This document shows positions 25,909-37,975 of a stretch of DNA of 64,000 nt, piece by piece. Each line of letters starts with the position of its first letter. Position 1 is the first letter of the stretch. Under the pieces are notes generated by a model that worked only from the letters and a program-made list of their open reading frames with translations, made no database searches and was not told the origin of the DNA. Origin of the DNA: Eledone cirrhosa (Eukaryota). A program made the position numbers and the translations under genes. The stretch lies in contig OZ024742.1 of the NCBI GenBank assembly GCA_964016885.1, positions 238,018,001 through 238,082,000 of the forward strand. The letters run 5' to 3'.

Positions 25909-27454
25909 TATATATATATATACACATACATATATATGTGTGTGTGTGTGTGTGTGAGTGTGCGTGTGTATGTGTATTATTATTGAAAAAAGTATGTAAC
26001 TCTGAAGTAAGAGAACCTTTATTGCATAAGCATTGTATAATCTTTCCTTTGTTATAACAAATATATTTCGAACGTTGTAATGTTATAATTCAAATCAGTT
26101 TCTATAGATATTTATATATTTTCTACAAGAATATACAGGGATTTTCAATTTATATTTTTTAAACACTTCTTGGAAACAACACATGATAATTTTAGGAGGT
26201 GGGTTCTTCTGACTAAAGGTCAAAATATTTCTACCCTATAATAATCCCAATCAGCTGACATCGAAACCCCTTAATCAACCCTAGTTCGAAAGAACAACTT
26301 TCACTCTTAACGTTCTGTAATGACTTAGTAGAAAATATATAAAGGCATTTTTAATTCAAATATTTATAGTATATTTACTAGTGGATAGATTATTGTGAAA
26401 ATGTTCAGTATTTTACTAATTTTTGATGTCCTGCATTCGTTGTGTTTTTTTGTACTCTCCAGAAATATCTTGCTAACAGAGCTGGCAATACCATTAGATC
26501 GATAATATATAGCCGCCTAGGTTCTAGAGTTCAGAGTGACGCAATACCGAACCATAAAGTTTTATATTTATTTGTGTAATTGAATAAAATATCTAAAAAT
26601 TCCCTGTGAACAGTAAATAACTCGCTGAACATTTATGACGCTTAGTAACATTGTGGAAATATCCAAAGTGGTAGAGCTGGTCGTATGGTATTGTGACCTG
26701 TCACATGGTTTGGCGTATGTGAGGACTGTATAGGGGAAAATGCAAACTACGTCATTTTCTTGGTGTGTTTAGAGCAAGAAGTGTAAAAAGCTAAACTTGT
26801 CCGCTTGCCAAACTGTAAGTTCAAATGATTATATTTAGAAGAATGGAGCACACATTCTAGAGCTAGCCTAGAGTGCTAAATACTCATGAGCTGGCCGTAC
26901 ATGCTAATGTGGTTTCATGCAATATAGAAAGTTAGTAGTTAAGGTTTTGTTGTAATCGTTTATCTTTATTTCGCAGTATATTTCCAATAAAATAGAATTT
27001 TACAATCGTTACTCGACAGTCAATTATTTATTGACCTAATCCTTTCATCGTAAAACCTAATGAATATTTAACAGGTTTTTGACAATGGTTGCATACACCC
27101 ATACGTTATTCCAACATTGAAAAAATATACCGACAGAATAAGATGAATCGTAATTCATCGTAATGGGAATGCACTTAACTTTTAATTGAATAAAGTTGAT
27201 TTAAAAAGAGAAGAAACAACGTCGCAATATGTAAATATGTCGAATAATGTTATCGATAGAAAAATAAATGATATCGGTAGAATTTATTCAATTCAGCAAA
27301 TATTGAAAAAATGTCTAATTAAACTACTTGTGACATTTTTTCTTACATTTTCTTTCAAAGTAAATACGCCATTGTTGCTGACTTCTCTGTTATTAATTTA
27401 CTAACAGTGATGCCTCAAATATGAGATTTAAGTTGGGGTTTTTTTTAACAGTAT

Positions 27455-28400
27455 AAAATTATTTATTTATATATTAAATCATTTTCTACAAGAAAACCAA
27501 GGGCAAAAAATAAGATAGAAGATATAGTATAGATAACAGGTAATAAGGTCTGGTAAAGAAATATATGCATATATGCCAGGTCCGAACAAAATGGAACCAA
27601 ACTACCCCTATTAATGCCCCTCTCCCCCTCTCTCATTATTGTGGCCAAATAGGGGCACATGCGCGGTACACCCCGTAGCCCGGGTGGACAGAATAGAGAA
27701 GTCATTTCCACGGAGGATAGGGAGGGAGGCGCACTGGAAAAGCCATTCCAGCTCGCGTGGCTCACACCAACGGGTAGCCAGCTCTGTGCCGATGGCGGTG
27801 AGTCAGGTGGTGGTCCTAGGGCTCCACTGGTACGGACTCGACCGCAATCCTGTCAGAGGGCGACTGAAGTGCAGCAGAAACTGGGTTAGTCGCAGACTGC
27901 ACGAGGTTGCCGCTGGAGAATGTGTCGCTGCATGTGGCATCCCAAATGAGGAATTTAACACCACGGAACGGGAAGATGATCATACTGTCTTGTCTTTTGC
28001 CGTCACCTCGGTCCAACCCCGCCTTCTCTAGCTGGGAGGGGAAGCCTGCAGCAGCCAAGCTATGCTTTATGACCTCGCTGAGAGCAGCATGGCGTTGAAG
28101 GCGGCCGGCACTGTAGCGACAGGACAGCGAGTGTAGACCGAAAGCGTCTATGGTGGATCCGCAGCGGCATTTGTGTTGTTTGCAGATCCGGAAGTCGAGA
28201 CTCAGGGAAACCCTAATTCACAAGCTATCATTATCCAGCTGCGTGCCAGTCGAAAAGAAGGGGTAGGCATGGAGCCAGGCACCTTTGTGAGGTTGCGAGG
28301 CCGAGCACAAACATGCGGTGCTGGTCGTGCTTTGGGGGAATTTGACGACTACAGGGGGAAGAGGAAGAGGGACGTCTATTGGACGGAATCCGAGCCAAAA
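27455..28400 (-). mobile_element. CRE-like non-LTR retrotransposon 3' fragment (zinc knuckle and restriction-like endonuclease)
   Basis: GTQLDNDSL, HKCRCGSTIDAFGLHSLSCRYSAGRLQRHAAL, AGFPSQLEKAGLDRGDGKRQD..LIWDATCSDT; AATAAA near 27465. Confidence 0.85.
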
Positions 28401-28899
28401 GTTTATTTAACCCTTTTGATACCAACCCGTCTGAAAAGTATCCCTTATTCTTCGATACAAAGCTATTTATTTTAAACACGTTTGTGTTTATGGAAATATG
28501 TTTTTGATAAAATTAGGTAAGGAATTTTAAGATTTCTTCGCAAAGCAAGGTGTTTTTGTGGACGACTAACAGGTGCCCATGCATGCTAAATCAACCTCCA
28601 ACGCCAACGATGTTGTTCTCAGGTAAGGCAAAGACCGATACATTCTGGAATCTGTGGCTTCCAGTAATCGCATACAAACCAGAGTAACGTAAAATGAAAA
28701 GCATTGCTGAAGGACTCAGCACACCACTGGATCTGAGGCTAGAAACCACAAACTTATGATTGTGAGCCCAATGCACTTTTACTGTATGTGTATATAACAC
28801 CTTTACTTGAAATGTGTTTAACTTCGCTACCGTTATTTAACTGTATGCCAAACTCAATTGTCCATCCCAGAAAGATTTTATTGACATTAACATTTACAA

Positions 28900-29460
28900 G
28901 AAACAAAAGGTTATTGTTTTGCGTAAAATGCTTGCCTTTGTAACACTTCAATTTTCTTCGCATTTTTTTCTGTCATCTCATCTGCTTTCATAATTCTGAA
29001 TTAAATTTGTCTTCTGTTATATGATATGGTATTTAATATTTCTTTCGATAAATAATGCTCCCTTTATCTTATCAACAAAAGCTTTCTTCTGCCATAATGC
29101 CATCTTCTTATTTCTCTCTATGATACATCTGCCATCGTTTGTCTAACATTCAATCTATAACCTTGACTAGGCGGCGTGTTGTGTTCTGTGAGCAAAATAC
29201 TTTATCTAATAACGCTGTTTCTTCTGCAAAGGGTTGCGACCGACAGATAATCTCAACATTGGAATGAATAATGGAAACATTATTTCCTTGATCCGATCTG
29301 ATGATCGGCCCTTTTATTTTCCTTTTAATCGTTAATAATTTTATCATCTGTTCTGGTATATTATATCAAGGATTACTTTAGCCGATATGTTAAGGTATTT
29401 CATGATGGTAGTACAGCCTTGATCTTTTAGAAAGGATTAATCTTCTTCATTTAGAAATGA
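28900..29460 (-). mobile_element. Very decayed RTE-like fragment
   Basis: DGRCIIE..KMAL..KKAF resembles the RTE thumb region. Confidence 0.35.
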
Positions 29461-29492
29461 TTAATCTCACCACGATACGTTTAATTGTAATT

Positions 29493-29704
29493 AATTGTTT
29501 CTGATTCAGGCACAAGGCCAACAATTTTGGAGGAGGGAAAGTCGATTAAATCAATCCCAGTGAGTATTGGTAATTTATGTTATCGACCTCATAAAGATGA
29601 AAGGTAAAGCTAACCTCGACGGGATTTGAACCAAGAAGGCTGTAACTGTATGCCACAAAACATGTTATCCGGCGTTCTACTAATACTGCCAATCCACACC
29701 CCTT
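29493..29704 (-). mobile_element. SINE family A-related, older variant with longer tail
   Basis: Same head and core; extra GATTTAATCGACT..CCTCCAAAATTG segment. Confidence 0.8.
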
Positions 29705-29879
29705 GTAATTAATGAAAGATACTTCTTGATTTATTATATTGAATATGCAAGTTCCCATTTGACTAATAATTTTTTTGTGCAATAGTAATGTTTACCCTGA
29801 TCCATTATTTGTTATGCGAACACTACAAATAATGAATCCCGGGTGGCCTCCGCTGATACATAGGCAAATGCCATATCAA

Positions 29880-30383
29880 TGGCCACCACTGACACCTCAA
29901 ATGTCCCACCAGTGCTACTACTAAATGTCAGAGGTCTAGGAACACTGACCAATATGTGTAAGATCCCCTAGCTAAGAGACCTAGCCACAAGCAATCAAGC
30001 AATATGCATGGCACTAACTGAAACTCACCTCTCAGCTAGCATACCTGATGTGGAAATACACATACCAAAGTATATTGTATTTCGTACTGACAGGAGGGGG
30101 AGAACTCATTGTGCAGTTGCTTAGTACCTCCTTGAAGATATTACGTTATTAGTAATATTCAAACTCTGTCTGTGACACGCTAATAATACATGCATGTGAA
30201 GCAACTCAAAATGGTAATATGTCACATATCGACCACCAGATTTTCCCAGATATGAGGACAAGTTTGAAGATAGCCTCAGAAGTATTGAAGTGCTGATCAA
30301 TTTGGGTCAGACACTCAAGATTCTACTGCTGGGAGATTTCAACCTCCCCAACGTCAAATGGCCCGAAGGCCAGCTCATCTCAG
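29880..30383 (+). mobile_element. CR1/L2-group LINE APE endonuclease fragment
   Basis: [38 protein letters not shown], with stops; truncated at (TA)n. Confidence 0.8.
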
Positions 30384-30428
30384 ATATATATATGTATATA
30401 TATATGTGTGTGTGTGTGTATGTCTGTC

Positions 30429-30503
<75 letters not shown>

Positions 30504-30543
30504 GCATACATATACATATGCATATGTATACATGCATACATAT
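30384..30543. repeat. Compound (TA)/(TG) microsatellite
   Basis: Direct inspection. Confidence 0.95.
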
Positions 30544-30822
30544 AAATGAAGTAGATAATACTCTCTTATGTTGAAATCACGATTATCTTAGCTGCTCCGA
30601 TGTTACTACGAATTGCAGTATAATCTGTAAGAAAATACAAAATATTTTCCATCTTTTGAAATATATAAATCGGTTTCGGGATTTTAAAACCGAAATATCT
30701 AATACTATTCAAACATGAACATCAAGCAAATAAAATTTTAATCCTATATGCTTATCCACATGTTTTAACGATTACTGAAAAATCAATCTTCAACGACAAT
30801 AATACGCTGTGTTTGTATATTT

Positions 30823-30888
<66 letters not shown>

Positions 30889-30920
30889 AAATGTGTGAAA
30901 TCCTTGGTACAGTTAGGTAT

Positions 30921-31300
30921 ATTTGAAGAAAGGAAAAGAATGACTTCACTTGTAGTTCTAAACAATTTGATTTAACTTTATATTATAATATTTGTTTCTA
31001 CTTTAGGCACAAGGCCAGCAATTACCCAGTGCATTACTGGTACTTTATTTTATCGACCCCGTAAGGATGAAAGGCAAAGTCAACCTCGGCAGGATTTGAA
31101 CTCAGATTGTAAAGGGACGTAACTATGCTGGAAAGCATGGCGTCCGACCCTCTACCGATACTGCCAATCCACCGCCCTTATATTATAATATTATGAGTTG
31201 TTAGAACTAGATCTACCAACTCATAATATTATGTAATATTATAAAATTAAATCAAATTGTTTAGAACTACAAGTGAAGTCATTCTTTTCCTTTTTTCAAA
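30921..31300. mobile_element. ~180-bp palindromic element interrupted by a SINE
   Basis: Arms 30921-30980 and 31240-31300; central hairpin 31188-31229. Confidence 0.75.
30992..31177 (-). mobile_element. SINE family A, full length, with 14-bp target-site duplication
   Basis: TTATATTATAATAT at 30978-30991 and 31178-31191. Confidence 0.93.
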
Positions 31301-31327
31301 CCTTGTTTTCTCCGTGTTCCCTATGTC

Positions 31328-32115
31328 ATTTCTAGTTTTACAGTTAATATGGGGGCTTATTTTACAGGTTATACATTTCTTATCTATACATAAATGTAAA
31401 ACTAGAAATGTAGTGTATAGCATAAGATGTACTGAAGGACAATGTAGAGACAAAAATATAGTGTACATAGGTGAGACAGCTCGTAGTGTAGGGGAACGGA
31501 TAAATGAACACTGGCGAGACCTTCAAGATAATAAAGAATCATCTGTACTCTACCAACATGCTAAAATAGAACACAAGAGTAAATTAGAGAACATAGAAAT
31601 AAAAATAGAATCTACACACAGAAAAGACGCAATGTTTAGACAAATTACAGAGGCAATAAACATAAAAGAATTACAACCAAAATTAAATAGAAAATATGAG
31701 TGGAACAGCAACATCACAACTTACAATTAAGGACAAAATGAAAACACACACACACACACATAGAACAAACAACCAACCAGTAACATATAAATAAACAAAT
31801 AAATAAATGAACATAAACACACACAGACACCCGGATGTGGCGCATGCGCAGACTGAGCACACAACACACAACAAAATGGCGTAAGACAGAACAAAGGAGA
31901 GGCACAGAAACAAAGAAAGGAATCCCCAGTCACTGAAGAGGTCACAGAGTGTGTGACGAAAGAACTATGACTATATATAAACAACTATCTGGTTGTGGAA
32001 CCAACCAACCAACCAGAAATTTATAAATTTATAAATTTATTATAATAAATTGAAGTGAAAGCAACTGGTGCGTGTGTTTCTTATTGGCAACATGACTCTA
32101 CCAAAGTATAACAAT
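31328..32115 (+). mobile_element. Penelope-like 3' fragment: GIY-YIG endonuclease and pseudo-LTR, short 5' inversion
   Basis: CKTRNVVYSIRC..YIGETARSVGERINEH..RQITEAINI..LNRKYEW; 31328-31389 is inverted relative to the copy at 58280-59210. Confidence 0.92.
31928..31972 (+). ncRNA. Minimal hammerhead ribozyme
   Basis: agtca-CTGAAGA-g-gtcaca gagtg tgtgac-GAAA-g aa c-TA-tgact. Confidence 0.8.
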
Positions 32116-32169
32116 ATCGGTTTCAACACACGATTTCAGATAAAGAATCTTGCTAAACAAATTCAGAAA

Positions 32170-32367
<198 letters not shown>

Positions 32368-33155
32368 TATGTGAACAGGATTGGATTGAAGATAAGAATG
32401 TGTTATAGTAGAAGGAGGTTATTGGATTTTTCCAAACTTAAAGGGTTTTTTTTAGGAACTTTCATTGTTTTTATAGGTTTTGCTGTGTGAAAAACTCAGG
32501 CTATCATAACTGATAGTCCTCGGCGAAATATGCATAACGGAGTTTTAAATAAAACTGGATCAACTGAATATGGCCTCTGAATTATTATTATTATTATTTA
32601 TATACTAATGCTTTAGTTGTATATGTTCTATATACTATACCAATAATTAAATAATCAATAATATTTGATTATATGTGAGAAGAGTGTATTAGTATTAATA
32701 TAAACAAATAATCATGTTTAAGAATATTATTTCAGATGTTAAATGGGGGCGGTGTTAATTTAATGAGTTGAACAAAATAAACAATTTGAATTAATATATG
32801 ACAAGTATTTACACTTAATTAAGCGGTATTGTATATATGGCCAATATATATAAGTGTGTGTGATATATTTAAGAAAATTAGTATATTATAATGAAATATA
32901 ATATATTAGTCGATTATATTAATATAACTTGTTGATTATGTATCATTATGCTTTATATTATATAAATGCGTGAGTCTACCTAAACATTATTCCAATACTA
33001 TGGATTTAATATTAGGATAAATAATGTCTTAACTGTATGAATATATTTGAATATATTTACTAAGTTTCTATCTGCTATATTCTCTGAAGTTATCAAAATT
33101 AAGGCGCCGATAGAATTAAGGGTCCCTATCAAATAAAAATTAAGTATATATTATT

Positions 33156-33341
33156 GTGGATTGGCAGTATCGGTTGAGCGTCAGACCCCATGCTTTGCAG
33201 CATGAAGTTACGGCCCTTTACGGTCTGAGTTCAATTCCCGCCGAGGTTAACTTTGCCTTTCATCTTTGCTAAGTCGATAAAATAAAATACCAGTAATACA
33301 CTGGGATAATTGCTGGCCTTGTGCCAAAAGTAGAAACAATT
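33156..33341 (+). mobile_element. SINE family A
   Basis: Aligns to 11892-12074. Confidence 0.9.
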
Positions 33342-33464
33342 ATTAAGGTCAAAGTAAGATAATATAGTACAATAATTAACCAAATATATCATATAATTTA
33401 TTTAAAATTAATAAGTGTTATATGAAGTAAAGATTGTTAATTGACATTTTTGGGTTTGTAATAT

Positions 33465-33835
33465 TTAAATGATTGTAGGTTTTTGAGGGCACGTGAAGAA
33501 AATTTCTGATATTTTATTTACAATACTAGCCCTGGAATTAATAATTAATTGAGACTCAAGGAGGCATAGTCTACATGTTTTATTGTTAGGTTTATATGCG
33601 GAGGATCTACCTAATGTGTCCCACTCCAATGTATATGGTCTGTTTTTATTTTTTAAAACCCTGATAAAACTAGCTAATGATGTCATATGTTTTAATTTAA
33701 GTTTTCTAAAAGATGAAGATGGGAATTAAATCTTGTTTTGAAACTATTTGAGGTAGCTCCTATGTAAAGTTTAGAATGTCTATAGGTATTAACTGTGCAA
33801 CCATACACTATATTGTTACTTAAGCAATTACTCTG
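33465..33835 (-). mobile_element. Penelope-like GIY-YIG fragment
   Basis: CLSNNIV..YIGATSNSFKTRFN; TSLASFI..YTLEW..AYKPNNKTCRLCLLE. Confidence 0.85.
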
Positions 33836-34170
33836 ATAAGTTGATGACTGATATTATCAGTTCTATTTTTCCCGAGTGACTTATATTGATAATTAATCCC
33901 TGATGACACTCACAGTCTATACTCACAAATTGTTAAACTCACAAATTGTTAAATAAAATTATTTGCTATGTGTAGCATAATCATGGGGAAAACAATTGTC
34001 AGTTGTTAAATGCCACGGACTCTTACATTCTTTGGTTTGTAAACAAACTTTAACTTTATAAGTTGTGCATGATCCTATCATTGCATTGAGCTAATAAACA
34101 CCTAGCAAATGAGTAACATTTACTCTAATTAATATTACTATTATATATATATATATATATATAATATTAC

Positions 34171-34223
<53 letters not shown>

Positions 34224-34230
<7 letters not shown>

Positions 34231-34402
34231 ATACTTGGGGAGAGTCATATTTGTGTAATATTGCCAGAATTAATAACAGAACACACTCACTGTTTGGTTG
34301 GTTTTCGCTTTTCGCTTCTGTGTCTTTTATATCGGTAATCTAATTTATTCGGTCTTCAATGTTGCCATTGACTGACCAACGGTCAAAAATAATACAGATA
34401 CA
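34224..34402 (-). mobile_element. Dispersed repeat, copy of 12358-12535
   Basis: Direct alignment; flanked by (TA)n. Confidence 0.65.
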
Positions 34403-34423
34403 ATATAGACACAAACACATGCC

Positions 34424-34487
<64 letters not shown>

Positions 34488-34488
<1 letters not shown>

Positions 34489-35475
34489 TAGGGGGGTTCT
34501 TAGAATTGTAGTATTCTCAGTACTAAGGGTACCTGTAAAAAGCTGGATACTATATGTATAGTAAAACGTCGGGTTAAAATATAATCTCATATTGTATGGC
34601 GAACGGGAGAGAAAGAAAAAAAGAGAGTCTAAAGCCTAAGATGAGAATTGAGAAAGGTAGAGAGAGGGGGGCGAGAAAAGCGGGAATGGAAACGATGGAG
34701 GATTGCGGAAAGAGATAAAAGATGGAAAAAAAGATGGAAAAAAACTAACAAGAAAAATAGATCTTTAACATCATATGACGAATAGAAAAGATAGAGAAAC
34801 CTTTTCAATTAAAGTTTACATACATAATTTGAGCCATGTTCGCTTTCTAAATTGAACGGATAGGGTGCCAGTGATAAATAACTCTTTATATCTTCATCTA
34901 TATACCTATTTTGTCTCTCCCCCATCCTATATATTTACATTTTACTCCCACTATTGCCTCTCTTGCTGCTGCCACTGCTGTCACAGATACTTCCGCTCTC
35001 TTCTCACCTACTGCTGCTGCTGTTCCCGTCAGAATAACAGATAGCCTCATTTTCTGCCGAGCACGGTTTTATATAGACGTGCCCCATTTCTCCCTTGTTC
35101 CCTTATTCCAGCGTCAGAACAATAGAAATGTAAGTTCTGTTGCACCGGCAAGACTTATATACATAGTCCTTCCTCCCCTGCGAGAAAATATCTTAGGCTT
35201 GAAGGAAGCTGATGATTCATATGACGCTAAAGCTCTAATTTTCTAGTCCTTTTTGTCCTTTTTCGTAATTCTCGTTTTCTAGTCCTTTTTGTCCTTTTTC
35301 GCAATTCTCGATAAGTTTTGCTCCGTCAATCGCATTTCTGCTTTTGTCCTCTCCTCTGCTCTTCTCTCTCTTTCTCTCTCTCTCTCTGATAAAAATACGC
35401 TGTGCTCAGACCTAGCGAGCAGACGGGCTCTATCAAATTTAAATTGCTCAAGACAATTCATATATGACTCCATTA

Positions 35476-35540
<65 letters not shown>

Positions 35541-35630
35541 ACCCTTCTCATTTCTCATCTCATGCTTTAGACTCTCTTTCGTCACGCTGAGAATACTAAA
35601 ACTATAGGAAATTTCATATACACTCAACGC
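34488..35630. mobile_element. Non-autonomous element with degenerate terminal inverted repeats
   Basis: TAGTATTCTCAG and AAAGAGAGTCTAAAGC..GATGAGAA (34509-34665) are inverted at 35535-35600; related to 52790-52912 (minus); internal 36-bp tandem duplication at 35239-35310. Confidence 0.55.
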
Positions 35631-35741
35631 TTCAATGTTTTTTTTTGTATATATATATATATTTAGTTTTGTTGGTTCACCACTGGATCAAGCGTGATTC
35701 CGTATAATCAAACGTGATGTAATATTATATATATATATTAT

Positions 35742-35773
<32 letters not shown>

Positions 35774-35796
35774 TATTTATTAAAATAACAGATTAA

Positions 35797-35847
35797 AGTT
35801 TAAGCAAAGAATCGCTGCTTTCACCCTTAACGGGATCTTCTGAAACT
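35797..35847 (-). ncRNA. Variant hammerhead (CAGAAGA) in left inverted pseudo-LTR
   Basis: Inverted copy of 37783-37833. Confidence 0.6.
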
Positions 35848-37782
35848 AACAAAGTCAATCTGTAAACGCAGAACTGGATATTTATAAAAACGTTGCAACC
35901 GGTTGATGCCAATCTCTCGGTCGTTAATTACCTCGACGTTACCCTCAATTTCTTGAATGGGTTATATTACCCGTATAGAAAGCCGAATGATAAGCTTAAT
36001 TACATAAGTAAGCATTCCAACCACCCTGCCAGCATAACCAAGAACCTGGTAAAAAACGTTTCGTTGAGGCTTTCCCGTCTTTCCACCAACGAGCGCATTT
36101 TCAACGACCATTCCACTTATTACAATGAAGCTCTTGCTCGAAGTGGATTTGTCGATAAGGTAGCATATACAGAGTACGAAATTAGACCTAGAAGAAATAG
36201 ATCCCGTCGCATTTGTTGGTTTAACCCACCATATAATATGGAGGTGGCCACACCATTAGCTAAGATCTTTCTTTCCCTTATTAGAAGCATTTTCCCCCTA
36301 CACATAAATATAGTAAAATTTTTAATAGAAATACTATTAACATTTCTTACTCTACGACTCCTAACCTTGCACATAACATCACAGCTTCAAATTTAGCTAA
36401 ACTACCTAGCCGTAGGAACACGTGCAACCCTGTAGTTAGTACTAACTGTAATTGTAGGAATCGAGCTGATTGCCCCCTATCCGGGAAATGCCTCTCTAGT
36501 AACATTGTCTACAAATGTAAGGTTGTAACACCCACGTCCCGTAGGGCCTACATAGGGTTAATAGTTTCATGCAGCGTCTTTACATGCATACCCATTCTTT
36601 TCGTTACCCTCTAAGAAGGAATATGACGTCACTTTCAGCTTATATCTGGAGTCTAAAAGACAACCACACCCAATATAAGTTATACTGGGAGATCCTAGCT
36701 AGGGCTAGATCGTATAACGGAAATAAAAGACCATGTGACCTCTGCGCCACTGAGGCCCTGGAAATACTCTACGCCACAGACCACATCTTAAACAAAAAAT
36801 CTGAGGCAATTTCGGCTTGTAAACATAAATTGCACAAACCTTTCCTGTATTACAGCCCCACGTTATACCCTAACGGATAGCACGATTTATACGTGGATAT
36901 TTTACGTCTTGGTGTGGGAGCTAAGTATATGTTTTGTTTATTCCTTTACTTATTTGCATAGGTAAGTATATATTACCCGTATGTTTTGTTAAGGTATGTA
37001 TACCTTCTCGTACGTATATTTGACTGGTTGGCGTATATTTTTTACATATTCTGGTATTTAGGGTTTGGCTATGTGTATACGGGAGTTTTGAGTCTGCGTG
37101 AGTATGCAGGTTCGTACGTATGGTGGGTGTGTGTATATGTGTACTTCTTGTTTTAGTTGACTTACGTCTCCGAACATTCGTGTATTTATTTGTAGGTATG
37201 TGTGCGCGCTTGTTATATACGTATTTATTTACTTATATACGTTTATATAATTATTTATTTATTTGTACACAAGCATACACACACACATATTTATATGTGC
37301 GTGGTTTTGTATACCTATGGTAAGGTTTTGCGTATGCTTGTGTATGTACGTATCTGTTTGCGTGTAGGTATTTATTTGTTTCTATTACCTCTGTATTGTA
37401 TTTATTTACTTTGTTCTTAACTCTGTAGCGGAGATTCAAGTCTACGACTTCTGCTATACCATTTACGTGGTTTTGTCTTTGCGCGCTATTGTTCTCCCCG
37501 CTCCACATATGACTTATTATCTTCGTTTTTTCGTTCATTGCCAGAGAACGTCTCTATGCACCACCTAAGAGAACATTAGTCTACGACCTCTTTTATACCA
37601 TAAACGTGGTTTTGTCTTTGCGCGTAATTGTTTTTCACCGCTCCTATTAATGACGTATTATTCGTTTTTTCCCGTTCTTTGCCAGCGAACTTTACCACGA
37701 ACCAAAGTATCGTCTTCCTGTCTTCCTCCGGTTGCAACGTTTTTTGAAATATCCAGTTCTGCGTTTACAGATTGACTTTGTT

Positions 37783-37833
37783 AGTTTCAGAAGATCCCGT
37801 TAAGGGTGAAAGCAGCGATTCTTTGCTTAAACT
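37783..37833 (+). ncRNA. Variant hammerhead (CAGAAGA) in right pseudo-LTR
   Basis: agttt-CAGAAGA-t ccc gttaa ggg t-GAAA-gca gcgattctt tgc-TT-aaact. Confidence 0.62.
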
Positions 37834-37932
37834 TTAATCTGTTATTTTAATAAATATTTGCTCTACGGTTCTTATATATTTGATATATATTTATCCTTAT
37901 CGAGCCCTCTTTGGGTTTTAGTCTTCGAATTT

Positions 37933-37968
<36 letters not shown>

Positions 37969-37975
<7 letters not shown>

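Larger units (their letters stand above)
35773..37857 (+). mobile_element. Penelope-like element: RT C-terminus and GIY-YIG, flanked by inverted pseudo-LTRs
   Basis: VNYLDVTL, YRKPN..SNHP, WFNPPY, CNCRNRADCPLSGKC..NIVYKC..YIG, ARSYNGNKRPCDLC; inverted repeats 35773-35902 and 37728-37857. Confidence 0.93.

Noticed and set aside
28573-28800. Possible host exon (plus-strand CAG|GTAAGG at 28623, or minus-strand ORF 28591..28800)
   Set aside because: No recognisable protein similarity; splice-like motifs occur by chance.
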